Source: Vezdaea acicularis (Eukaryota). From it: a stretch of 64,000 bases of DNA. The notes under the pieces were generated by a model that saw nothing but the letters and a program-made list of their open reading frames with translations, was not told the origin of the DNA and made no database searches. The stretch is taken from contig JAPEUI010000009.1 of assembly GCA_026025075.1 (NCBI GenBank), positions 124,001 to 188,000 on the forward strand. Direction: 5' to 3'. Below are positions 1-12,200 of the stretch, in pieces. Position 1 is the stretch's first letter, and each line of letters begins with the position of its first letter. The translations under genes and the position numbers were made by a program.

Positions 1-263
1 CTCAAGGCGCGCTCCACATGGAGTTCAACCCACTGTGTACACCCACGGTATTCATCGCAGGTTTCAACAATGAAGATGCAGGCACGCAGCAGACATTGGA
101 CGCATTCGTGAAGCTGCCCACTAATGTCATCGAGGCCGCTTTTGGTGGCGAGCAAACCCTGCCTGGAGCCGACATCGACAAGTTCAAGACAATGATCCCG
201 GCCAATATCGCCCTGGGCGTAGAGGAGTGCTTGGCTAGGTGCAATATTCCTAAGAATAAGTAA
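1..263 (+). CDS. 3' end of a spherulin-1/germin-like cupin (RmlC-like) protein; 5' truncated by the window
   Basis: Frame is open from base 3: QGALHMEFNPLCTPTVFIAGFNNEDAG...IPANIALGVEECLARCNI*. This resembles cupin box 2 (PxGxxHxxFN) and the C-terminal GVxxCLxxC of fungal spherulin-1-like proteins. Confidence 0.75.
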   Translation, partial: QGALHMEFNPLCTPTVFIAGFNNEDAGTQQTLDAFVKLPTNVIEAAFGGEQTLPGADIDKFKTMIPANIALGVEECLARCNIPKNK

Positions 264-492
264 TTTTGGATTAGCATGTTGTCCTTTGCATATGTATTCT
301 TTCTGGGGCCTATCTTTCCGATCATGAGATGTTGGCTTAGCGAGCATCTTCACCCTCATTCAGATCATCGTTCTGGCGCTTTGCAGGTTCCGGCGCATAT
401 TAGAACGGAATATGATTAATTTTACACTTATTTGCACAAATTGCTCTCATCGACAGGTGAACTCCACAAGTACAGCTAAACAATCATCGAGT

Positions 493-1761
493 CTAAAAGA
501 CGCTGATGTAATTTCCAATCCGCTCTTTCTGGTTTTGTGCAATACACTCTGCAATCCACGTGATATTGCGGATTTCCTATGATCATTAGACTCGCACTCT
601 GCTTATAAATAAATTACTCACTTGTTCTCTGAGCTTGACCCATGCGTACACCACGGCATACGTAAATTGTCGCGTGAAAGCCATTTTCGAAATCTCCATC
701 TCCTTCTGGTAGAACATGTCTTCCAAACTCTTCTCATTCCCGCCAGTACCACCAGCCATATTTCCCGGGCCCGAGCTCCCTAGACCACCACCTTGCCCGA
801 GCCCTGTAGCGTCGAAATAGGTCTTGTAGTCATTAATTCCGTCTATCGCGATTCGTACGCCCTCAATATCATCTGCTCTTGACAGCATCAGTGTCCCTTC
901 AGGATAAAGCCTTCCAAAGTTTGGGTAAAGCTTTTTCCGATCTGCTCTCGAGAGCTCTGTGCCAAACGAGTTAAGAGTGATATTGATAGACCTCCTATCA
1001 GCTTCAAACTCTAATACCTCTGACATCACCTCGGCTGTCGGCGTCCCTGCAAGATCTGGGTTGTTGTTACAGAAGTGATAGAAATCTTCCAGGTAATTCT
1101 TATACAACGTATTTCGAATGATTTCGATATTGAGTTCGTCAAGGTCTTGTGAGCTCAGAGAGCCTTTGAAATAAGGCGCTAGTGGTGTCTCCACTAAGAC
1201 TGAGTTGTAAAGCTCTTCAATATTCGTGGCAACACATAGGACTGGCATTGTCTCGAACCAACCAAGAGGGTGGCACCTTTCTAGTAGTTCTCGAGTATCC
1301 CGCTCATGAAGTGTGCCTGTGATAAGAAGCGCAACATTGTCGATCATGTATCCATACGTGAGATACTCCATAAACTTTGAGAGAGAGCCGACTGCGTTAG
1401 CTTGTAAATAACGGAATTCGGAGATGAGCTTTTCGGTGGTCTTATTGGCGAGAGAGGATGTTGACGGGTTTGGAGGTAGCGCGGCCAGAAAGTCACCATA
1501 CGCAGGTGAGAGCTGAATACGAAGGTCTAAACCGTTAACTCTGGAGAACTCAAGGATGCTCTCTTATTCAGACCTACCGTCTATCGTCTCACATTGTGTA
1601 AGTGTCCCATAATTCTGGCCAGTCAGAAGACTATTTCGATACCCCCGCACGATTCCTTCAACGTATCTAGGACCTCGGTGTTAGCTACTTTATAGTCCTT
1701 ATGATAAATTCTCCTGGATATCTCCGCACCCATTATTAACGTTAAAGAAAAGGCCCTCCAT
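493..1761 (-). CDS. VMA6: V-type proton ATPase V0 subunit d
   Basis: Spliced translation reads MEGLFFNVNNG-YVEGIVRGYRNSLLT...MEYLTYGYMIDNVALLITGTLHERD...[36 protein letters not shown]. Three GT-AG introns at ~1730-1667, ~1577-1527 and ~620-576. Confidence 0.97.
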
Positions 1762-2029
1762 ATCGAATTTCAAGCTTACGAATGACCTTTCAGATACTAT
1801 ACGCGAGTGGGAAGCTCTGTCGTCGTCAGTGAGGGCCGTTGGTGTTAGGAAATTTACACGTGATTGGTCCAGGCTATTTGCTAGCGTCTCACACCCACCG
1901 CCAGAAAATTTCGCGAACTTTAGGTATTGCTTGTACCTTAGGTGAACCCAGAACTTCACAATTCGGTCCTTGTGGCACTCTTGTTAGCCTCATGCTGGAA
2001 AGTCTTTAAGGCTAAATAAGCTGTTCATT

Positions 2030-4402
2030 ATGACGCTCTTCATCCTTACCGAAACCAGCGCTGGCTACGCACTTTTCAAAGCAAAAGACAAGAAGCTCTT
2101 GAAGCGGGACAATCTTGCAGCGGATACCGAAAAGGTGGAAGATATCTGTAGCTTGTACGTTGCGAAACCCTGGTTTATCTTCGAAATTACCTGCTATATC
2201 ATATTTGAAGGATACAGCCGCTAATTGATCTTTCTGGGAAAATAGGCTCAAATTGAAGCAATTCCAGAAGTTCGAGAGCGCCGCAACTGCACTAGAAGAA
2301 GTGTCTGCACTGGTGGAGGGAAAGGTCACACCCGCTCTAGCATCACTGTTAAACGCTATCAAGGATGAGAAGAAAGTCTCGTTGGCCGTAGCAGATCCAA
2401 AGCTTGGTGAGTTGCCCTTTTATGTTCTCCGCGCATAACTAACAAAGCCTAAGGCAATGCTATAAACAAGCTTCCCTCTCTCTCAATCAAACTAATTTCA
2501 GACTCTTCTGTGGTTGACCTGTATCGCGCAATCCGTAGCCACCTTCCATCTCTTATCCCTGGCCTAATGCCAGATGATATCTCGACAATGTCTCTGGGTC
2601 TATCACATTCGCTTTCCCGTCACAAGCTCAAATTTTCCCCAGACAAGGTCGATACTATGATCGTACAAGCAATTGCTCTACTGGACGATCTAGATAAAGA
2701 GCTAAATACCTATGCTATGCGTGTGAAAGAGTGGTACGGTTGGCACTTCCCTGAAATGGGCAAAATAGTCAACGACAATCTCGCATACGCCAGGGTCATT
2801 CTGAAGATGGGTTTTCGATCAAGCGCAGTCAATGCGGATCTTGCTGAAATACTGCCTGAAGAGATCGAAGGGGCCGTAAAAGCTGCGGCAGAGGTTAGCA
2901 TGGGTACAGAGATCACAGAGGAAGATCTGGACAATATCAAAGCTCTCGCAGAACAGGTTGTCGGCTTCACAGAATACAGGCAGCAACTTTCAAGCTACCT
3001 CTCGGCCCGAATGACCGCTATTGCGCCTAACTTGACGTCGCTTGTTGGAGAGTTGGTGGGTGCGAGATTGATAGCGCATGCGGGTAGTTTGATGAATCTT
3101 GCCAAGAGTCCAGCAAGTACAATTCAAATTCTCGGCGCTGAAAAGGCGCTCTTTCGGGCTTTAAAGACGAAGCACGATACTCCGAAATATGGTCTCATCT
3201 ACCACGCGTCCTTAATCGGACAAGCCACGGGAAAGAACAAGGGCAAGATTGCAAGGATGTTGGCAACGAAAGCTGCGCTCGGCCTTCGTGTTGATGCGCT
3301 TGCAGATTGGAGTGCAAACGGTGAAGGCAAAGGCGATGACGTCCCCGAGGAAGAGAAATCGGCCCTCGGTATTGAGTCGCGACTCAAAATTGAGAGACGT
3401 CTACGAGTGCTAGAGGGAAAGCCTGCACTTTCTAAAGGTGTCAGCATCGGTCCTACCGGCAAGGCCGCCAATACGCCGGGGAAGTGGGAAGTCAAAGAAG
3501 CACGGAAGTATAACCCAGACGCCGACGGTTTGGCTGGTGATGAGCCTGCTGCAACTGCAACCACCTCCAAAAAGCCAAAAGGTTCTAAGAAAATCAGCAA
3601 AGACAGACAAGGAGATATCAAGATGATCGAGGAGGTCGAGTCCGATCTGGATGCGGAGGAAGATTCAGACGAGGAAGATGACGATGGTGACAATGATAAA
3701 GACGAAGACATGGTTGAAAAAGTGAGCACTGAGGACGAGAGCGAGGACGACGGTGAAGAAGAAGACGAGGATATGGATGAGGACGAAGCCGAAGTATCCA
3801 TGCCAATATTATCCTTACCTAAAGAGAAGCCCATACGAAACACAAATGGAGCCACCAAGGTTAACGATGAGCGCTCCAACACCATTCCAACTCCATCTGC
3901 TGATACACTTGATTCCTCTGATTCTCGTACGCCACAAGAGCTCAAGAGGCAATCGTCAGGATCGGGCAAGTCGAAGGAGGCTAAAAAGACACGCAAGGCT
4001 GAAAGGCATAGTGGAAAGCTGGAGATGCCTGAAGAAAAGGCAGCAAAGAAGAAGACCAAGCACGAGAAAGTCGCAGGGCTTCAAGATCGAAAAGAGAGCA
4101 AACTGCCGAAGTCCTTGCAGGTCGAACGCCCTGCTGATCGTGACCGCGAGGTTGCAGAGGCTGCGGCAAAGGCCGGACTGAGCGTATCGCGGTATCAGAG
4201 AAAGCTAGAGAGAGGCGAGATCAGGTTTGAGACTGACGGTACACCGGTTGCAATCAGCAAGAAGGAGATAAAGAAGCTCGCCAGAGCTGAGGCAAAATTA
4301 GACGACAAGGCCACAGGCGACACAAACGGAAAGAAGCGGAAACGTGAAGAGGATGCGGGGAAAGAGTCGAAATCAAAGAAGAAGAAGAAGAGCAAGGCGT
4401 AG
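2030..4402 (+). CDS. NOP58: Box C/D snoRNP protein Nop58
   Basis: N-terminus [17 protein letters not shown]; Nop domain motifs [25 protein letters not shown] and [31 protein letters not shown]; acidic then Lys-rich tail. Two introns at ~2155-2245 and ~2408-2453. Confidence 0.96.
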
Positions 4403-5030
4403 AACCAGTGAGACACTGTATCTTTGATCTTCTAGCTCTGGAGGCGGACCTCTTTCTTTCGTCCTCACATACACTGGAGTTGTGCAGCATATTTGTTCCT
4501 TAAGGGTCCTGCTTTTTAAAGTCCTGTTCAATTGTGGCCAACCCCATCTCAATGGGATCGACCTTGTGCTGAATCAGGAGTCCAAACTCTGGCATTTCAG
4601 TTTGTTAGTAGTGTAATATAAGATTCAATCGAACGATTCGTCTTTGGGTCCCAATCCAGAGTTCATGTGATACAGCCCTTAGAGGAAGGTGCAGGAGCCC
4701 CTTTCTGCTTCGATATCTACTCTAGCTTAAGGACCTCGCATACAGTTGTTGTATGCGAAAGCGAGCTGCAGGATTGTTGGCTCGCGAAAGCTTTAGAACA
4801 GTGTCCGTAGCTTTACATATGCGGCGAAATACGCGGAAAATCAGAGAGTTTTTGAGAAGCATGTAGTCACACCTTGTTCGCGAACTATATGTCCTGCGCT
4901 ATGCAGAAACCTTGAGCCTCAATGCGCCTATACTACCGAGTACTGAGTGCGCAACCCTGGACCTGAAGGTCACCGTCCATAGCATATAGCGGTCCGAACG
5001 GCCTTCTCCACTGCCTTTCCCAGCCTCAGA

Positions 5031-5652
5031 ATGAAGGTAAATCACTCTGCCACCCATAGGTATATCAAGTAAACCTAACCCTCTCCCCAGATCCTCGAAG
5101 CCCAATCCGCCATCCTTCCCAACGTCGAAGTCCTCGCTCACCTCGAATCAATGCGAAAGCGGTATGACGAGCAAGCCCAGCAGAAGGCCAAACCGCGAAA
5201 CCCACGAGGCAACAAAACCCGAGATCAGCAGGAGATCAGCTCGCTCAAATCGGGGAACTTGGAGACGGTCATGAAAGAGGTAGTGATTGGCGTCCCTCTG
5301 GCCGAGTTTCGGCCTTTGAGGTGTCGTAAGGCTAATTTTGTGGATGTAGCTGACAGACTACTTGCTCGCTCCGCCCTCGTCTTTGACGCCGAACCCCGAT
5401 CTCTCGAGAATACAAAGGGTCATGGAGGCGTTGAGGCAGTATAGTTTGACAAAGCCGGAGCTCATACAGATCATCAATCTAAGGCCTGATAACATCGGCG
5501 TGTTAGATACCATTATTGAAGAGATGGATCAGAGGTACACCGAAGATGAGCAGCAGGAGATCCTTGCAAAGGTGAAGAGGGAGCTAGGGACACCCGGATT
5601 TGTTACTGGCACAGAAGGAGGGGGAGAAAGGGACACAATAATGATCGAGTAG
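5031..5652 (+). CDS. RPC17: RNA polymerase III subunit Rpc17/RPC9 (Rpb4/HRDC-like fold)
   Basis: MK|ILEAQSAILPNVEVLAHL...NLETVMKE|LTDYL...LTKPELIQIINLRP...LDTIIEEMDQRYTEDEQQEIL. Introns at 5037-5090 and ~5280-5349. Confidence 0.85.
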
Positions 5653-5964
5653 CAGCGTATACGGTTGCGATCTTGAGACTGTGAGTACACAGACCTAGCA
5701 TGAGCGGGTATTGCAAGCTCAAGAATCGGTCACATCACTCAAGCTGGTTCACTGAAGCAAAGGTCATTTTGAGCAGCTTAGGAAGAGACGGGCCACCTTC
5801 AAGTAACTCCCATCAGACAGCACAGGGCTTTCCTTCAACAGAGACTCTGCAGAAGATCTTTCCCTCATGAGTGCCACTGAATGATCTCAACCCGCAGCCA
5901 ACTATCTTGGAATTCTAAAGCAGGCCACACAGCAGTCCCCGACTTGCGCAAGCGCAAGCGAAGT

Positions 5965-7009
5965 CTACCATGTCTCCTTCGCAGCCTCACCACCGGCACC
6001 CCATTCGCCACCAGTTGCAGCAGCTGCGCCAGCGTTCCAGTCTCCAGCAGTATCGTCCCAGCTGGCACCAGCCGCGGCTCCAGGTGTCGCCGAAGCAGCG
6101 GCAAACGCACCAGCTCCACCACCCGAGACCTCCCAGTCAGAATTGCCAGCAAAGCCAGCCTCGATAGCTGCAGGCCCAACCTCATCCGCACCAGGGACTT
6201 TCGACTCTTCGGCGACCTCCTTGGACTCCTCGGCCTCAGGATCGCGGTAGAAGTACAGATCAACCATGACATCCCATTCTATCTCTCGGTTTTTAAGGGT
6301 GCCACGAAGACGGAGCACCTCACGAGCAAGCATCCACCAGACGAGCCCAATAGCGTGACGACCCTTATTGTTGGTTGGGATAGCGACGTCGACGAACTCC
6401 GTAGGAGAGTCGGTATCGCAGAGGCCGATGACTGGGATGTTCACATAAGACGCCTCCCTGATAGCCTGAGCATCGGTGCGGGGGTCGGTTACGAGGATCA
6501 AGCGAGGCTCTTTGAAAGATCGAGTGATGTAGTTGGTGAAGTTACCGGGAGTGAAGCGACCAGCAATCGCAACAGCTCCGGTGTGAGCGGCAAACTTGAG
6601 GACAGCGCGTTGACCGTAAGGACGAGCGGAGATGACGCAAATATCAGCTGGGTTATCAACAGCTACGATGATGCGAGCAGCAAGCACGATCTTCTCCCTG
6701 TCATATGAGAATGTTTAATATGAGTCTAGAGTTATTTGGAATGTTATGTGTGAAGATTGAATCGCGAGAATCAAGCATACCAAGTCTTCCCGATGTTAAT
6801 GACATTGATACCGTCCGGACGGGTCTTCCAGAGATAAGGCTCCATATGCACCTGAGTTCAGTGGCGTCAATCACTTGCACACTGGTAGAAAGTGCTTCGA
6901 TCGAACTTACCTGAAGATTTTTAGACCCGAGATGGCATTGTGCCGAAAGAAGCATCTCAATATCCTGCGAAGTCGCATTGAAAATCGGGGGAAGATTAGA
7001 CGGCGCCAT
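5965..7009 (-). CDS. RPS0: 40S ribosomal protein S0/SA (uS2)
   Basis: [47 protein letters not shown]...[13 protein letters not shown]...[17 protein letters not shown]. Two introns. Confidence 0.98.
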
Positions 7010-7297
7010 GACTTAGTCTGTAAAGCACGCTTGAATATTATGAGGCCTCTTTGGTGCACGTCTGAATCTTTGGAGATCGTGGTGGGGGTAAGGAAAGTCA
7101 GATCTCCAAAATTTCGCGAACTTCCGATTCTGTGGTCGTAGGGTTTAGACTGCCGTCGCGCCAAGATTTCAAAGCTCCCAGCCGAGGCGCTAGAAGGGCG
7201 GTTTTGAGACTTTTCCGAAAGCGTGTTAGTGAGGTATCAGGAAATTGAAGTCGAGCTTCAGTCGAGTCCGCAAATGTAGAGTCTGTAAGATATCATC

Positions 7298-8347
7298 ATG
7301 CCGCCGCCACGACTGTCAATTCTGACGCATTTACGTCCTAATTTTAGTCTGTATAAACAATATAAGCATTGAAACGCTAGCTAACAGAAACCTGCAGTCA
7401 CTTTCCATCGATCCGCCCCTAATGGCTCTACGCCTATTCGACCTTCCTTACTACGATACTCCCGACTCTTCTCACATACTCCTGCCAACGCCGCGGTGAC
7501 GAGGAAATACCGTGACCCTTACTCATTAGCACAAGCTCGACAGCGCAAAGCCGCCAACATTGCACGCCAAGCGGTGCTCAAGAAAGAGCGAGAAGCAGTC
7601 CTCGGCGATCCCGTACGAGGAATAACCACCCCTTGGATCGAGTCCCTCAACCGGCCCATACCGCCTCCAGTCCCTCAACCACCCCCCAAGAGCAACGCAG
7701 AAGCCTCCAACTCTCCAACACCCACACCCTCCCAAGCAGAAGGCTACCTAACCGACGGCATCCGCCCCTCAGAATTCGCCGCCGCCCTACAATACTCCTT
7801 CGACCTGACCAAGCCCCTCGAACCCACCGCCTCCGACCTCACCCTGAGCGACCCCGCCATCGCCGAACGAGCCACCCGCGAGCACGCCGCCCGCCACGCC
7901 TCAGCCGTCACGTCCATGGCGCGTATCCTGACGCTCGAGAATGCGAATACCCACGCCCGCCGCCGCGCCAACATCCAGCGCTGCATCGAGACTTTCGGTC
8001 GTCACCACACGGACCATTACCTCACGCCGCGCGCGCCCTCGAATGTCCAGCACAATCCGGAGAAGCCGGCGCCGCCTGAGAAGACGCCGAGAGCGGGCCC
8101 AGACGTGGGAAGCTCGGAGGTGCAGATTGCAGTGCTGACGACAAAGATACAAGGCCTGGTCAGCTATTTTTCGCAAGGGAATAGGAAAGATCAGGCGAAG
8201 AAGCGGCGGTTACGGTTGTTGGTTCATAAGAGGCAGAAGTTGCTCAAGTACCTGCAGAGGAAGGAGAGGGGGAGTGCGAGGTGGGAGAATGTCGTCAAGA
8301 CGCTTGGGCTTACAGAGGGGACTTGGAGGGGGGAGATTACTCTTTGA
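7298..8347 (+). CDS. MRPS28: Mitochondrial ribosomal protein uS15m (S15 family)
   Basis: Arg/Ser-rich presequence-like N-terminus; S15 motif DVGSSEVQIAVLT...KDQAKKRRLRLLVHKRQKLLKYL...WRGEITL. One intron at ~7347-7397 (GTCTGT...CTAAC...CAG) restores the frame. Confidence 0.9.
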
Positions 8348-9285
8348 GAGTATATAGATTACAGTCATATACAATGTAGCATGGTTACTGATTTCTCAAA
8401 CCCCAAAGTGTTTAATGCAACATTCGATACTGTTTGGACAAAGCACTGCGTAAGATAATAAATTCTAGGATCTTGCCGGGGCCGACCTAGTACGAAAACT
8501 CTATGCTGAAAACAACGCTTTTGATGAAAATCCATAGCTTCTTGCTAAAGCTCACCCGAAGTGGGAACACCTCCTCCCTGGTGCAGTATTCAAGCTAGCA
8601 GTCCCTGCTTTTGCTCACTCTCGCCCGCTAGTGCACAACTGTCCCTAGAACAGCACTTATGCTGATAGTACATTAGGCTTTTGCCGAAACTCAGCGCGCA
8701 TGCAACACTTCCAATCCCAATGCAAACCCCCGAACACGACACTCCAAATACAATCCCAACACGAAAGGAAGCAAGACGAAAAACAGCTCGAACCCCCAGA
8801 AAACGTCAACACATCATTTTTTGCCCTCCAGTACACTCTTGAGAGACCGTCATAACTTGTCAAGTAATCGCAGCTTATAAGACCTCAGCACCGACATGGC
8901 TGCTGCTAGATCTTCTTTGCGCCGTTTGGTAGGTCAAGATCGGCTCCTCCCTTCACACAAAGCCCCAAGGCGGTCAGCACAACAACCCACCACCTCACCA
9001 TCAACCACCCGACACTGCAGTACGCCGTCTGCTATACCCATGGGTTACGCGCACGACATAAATGCCGGCAGCGATGATCCATGGGAATGCTTCCCTCGAC
9101 GTATTATGCAGGTGCCCAAGTGGTATAAAGTGAGTTAGTTTTGTGTCGAGCTTACCTACTCTGAGCGTTGTGGGAAGGGGAGAGCCGATCTTGACTTATC
9201 GAACAGTGGAAAGAAGATCTAGCAGCAGCCATGTCGGTGCTGAGGTCACAAATAAGCTATCCTGGTATTGCGAAGGTTGACTAGT

Positions 9286-12200
9286 TTACTTTGGAGGATC
9301 TCGACGTTCGTGGGTATAGGTGGCCATGCCCGCGAGGAATTCCTTAAGAGCGTTGGCGTCACACTCCGCGTTCCATATGGAATCGACGTACGCGACAACC
9401 TCGGGGTCCCACTCAGGCTCCTGGAAGAGGAGAGGCCTGTCAGGCAGGTGTTCCGGGTCGATATACTGCTCCAAGAAAGCACGCTCGCGGAACGAGTCGG
9501 CTGTTTTTTGCACAACAGCGCTAGGATTGATTAATGACTCCTGCAGTGCTTTGAGATGCTCACTTGCGGAGACAGGCTGGTCCTGGGCGGCTTCGACAAC
9601 TTCTTTGGAGGACACCGTGCTCTCCACCGAGGTAAGGTGAGCATGGGAGCCTTTGGGGTTTTTGGGGGGAGTTGATTCCACGGTTTGCGAAGTGCGGAGA
9701 TTGCTAGGTGTGGTTGGTCGAAAGCGGTCGACGTCTCCGAAAGCAACTGGTTGGACAGCTGGGCGAGCTTGCTCTGACGATGGCTCCGCGAACTCCCCGC
9801 CTTGCTCAGATGGCAAAGCTGGGGAGGGGAGACTCTTTGGCGTCAGATCTGAAGGTGGCGTCAGACCCGAAGGTGGCGTCAAATCTGAAGGTGGCGTCAG
9901 GTCTGAAGGTGGCGTCAGACCCGAAGGTGGCGTCAAATCCGAAGGTGGCGTCAGATCTGAAAGGTCATCGTTCGTCGCCGTGTCTTTGGGTTGCACTGGC
10001 GAGGAGCCGTCCTTCATCAATAGTGAGGGGGCATCCCTCATCGACGTGTCCATTGGGGACGGGATGGCTTCTTGGGCCATTGATTCCGCCAAGGAGTGCG
10101 CTTCAGCCTGGGCTTTCAAAGCATGTGCATCGCGAAGCTTCTGGGCGAGCTTCTGTGCTTCCTTGGCTTTGCGCATTTGCTCCTCGAGATTTTGCCTCTG
10201 CTTCTCGGCCTTTCGCCTCGCTTTCTTATCCTCCAGAACTTTCGCACCGTCTGCCGGCAGGGTCGCAAACATGTTGCGAAGATGGTGGGTTAGGGTATCG
10301 TAGATACCATAGTGGGCTGCCATCTCTTCAACAGTTCCAAAGTCGGCGTCGAGATCCCAGTACTGGGGATCAGTGAGGTTGCTGCGTCCCTCCTTTAGGG
10401 CGGCGAGGGCCTCCTCGAAAGCAAAGCCGGTAGCTGACGTAGTTGGCTTGGTAGTTGGGCGTGCGAGAGGCGGTGTATTGCCAGTCTTGCCATCAGCGTA
10501 ACGAACTCTCTTCACCGGGCGCTCCGTGGAAACGACTTGGCCACCAGGTGTTCTCAAGATGCCCGTGCCTTTCTTCTTGAGGGGCGACTCTTGATAGATA
10601 TCATTACGCCGTCTAGAAAGGGGCAAGTCATCCTCCTCGACGACAGGCGTCATCTGAGGTCCCTCGCTGATTGCAGACAGAAGGCTGGACTGGTCAATAT
10701 CGGACCAATCAACTCCCTGGAACCCACCCTTCTCTTCGTCGTACCACTGAGTTTCCTCTCCGAGCTTACGCTTACGAGAGGCATTCCCGCCATTGTCGTT
10801 CTCTTGAAGTGCTCCAAAGTTGTAAATCGCATTCTCAAGGTGACTTGGAGCAACAGGACTTGCATGAGCCTCGGGCTCCTCGCGCGGTGGGGACGGGCCG
10901 CTGACTATACCACGTCGTTCTGGAGGGAAGTACCTTCTGGGTTTGAACTTCCTGGTAGATTTTTTGGGTGGCGCCAGCAATGGTTCGCTCCCACGAGAAA
11001 TAAGGCCTGATGCAAGCCTTCTGCGGTGAGAGGTCGCACCAGCGGGTTCGTCCTTTGCCGCTCTTTGCCTATAGGGAGTCTGCGAGCGTTGTCGTGGCTC
11101 GTCCTTGCTCAGCGTGGTATCGAAAGTCGCAGCCGCTTGTCGAGCTTCAGGCTGGGGCACTGATTTGATCTCCGCAGTGACCTCATTCGTCGTAGTGGTG
11201 GCAGGCTGTCCCCGAAGTCGAGAGATCGGCGTTGCTATGATTCGGGTGATGGACATGACTCCATCTGTGATGGACCCGAACACGCCTCGACTTGGAGTGG
11301 GTGGAGAAGCGACAGGTGTCTGTGCATCCTCGACGGAGGGAGAATTCGACGGCGCGATTTGGGTGTTCCAGCTGATACCAGATCGATTCTGGCGTTTCGA
11401 AGGGCCACCTTCACGATATGCCTCTTGTCCGAAAGCCGCTTCAGCGGCCCTCTTTTGTGCGTCCACTTTTAGTTCGATAGTACGTCGCTCTGCCCCGGAA
11501 TCTGATGCAGTAGACATGGGAGTCCACCTCACCATGGCCTGATCTGTATTGACGCTTAGTATCTGTTTGCGTTGCTCAAGCTCATGAGACAACAATGGAA
11601 GCGTTATGAAAATTCCGGATGGCTTAAAGTAGCCATCAGGCAGGACACAAAGAGAATTGAGATCAACCATGACCTGATGATCTTCGGTGATATCAAAGTC
11701 GAAAGGCGGCGGAGACGAAGAATTGACCGTAAAATTATTGAAACGGAGCCCTGTACCTTCCTTGAGAGGTCTTTCGATAGGAGCATTCTCGATGGGGCCT
11801 AGTATGAAATAGTTAGCCAGCTTCTTTTGTCGAGCGGATTTCTCAAGTGATATAGTACCTTTGGATCCATGGCTTTGAGCTTCAGCCTCGGCTTCAGCGG
11901 AGACATCTTTATCAATGATTTCTACACTTACATTTAGCGACTTGATGGCCTCAGATTGGAATGTACTTACGTTGAGCCACATTGTTGGCAGCCACAGCGG
12001 TCTTCCTCTCTGCGGAGGTAGTAGAGCTCTCTCCAATGGTTGCTCCTACGTTCAGTGTTAGCCATGTACCAATACGACTTCTAGACGCACTCACGTTCAT
12101 AGGTGAGATCGGGCAGTCGCTCCGGATTCTCGTCGTTCTCTTCTAGAAGGTCGTCAGTAAGGTTTGTCCAAAGTAGATGTAGGACGGGCATATCGCACCT

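Noticed and set aside
3199..4059. 286-aa Ser-rich minus-strand ORF
   Set aside because: Reverse complement of the Glu/Asp/Lys-rich NOP58 tail.
5881..6708. 275-aa plus-strand ORF overlapping RPS0
   Set aside because: Antisense shadow of a highly codon-biased ribosomal protein gene; no independent protein features.
9071..9165. Possible box C/D snoRNA (GCGATGA...CTGA)
   Set aside because: Box C is imperfect, there is no convincing terminal stem, and no rRNA-complementary guide was recognised.
9653..10376. Two plus-strand ORFs with GGV[RK][SP]E or KVAS repeats; spaced repeats superficially like a CRISPR array
   Set aside because: Alternative frames of the 18-bp coding minisatellite. The units are contiguous with no unique spacers, and the genome is eukaryotic.
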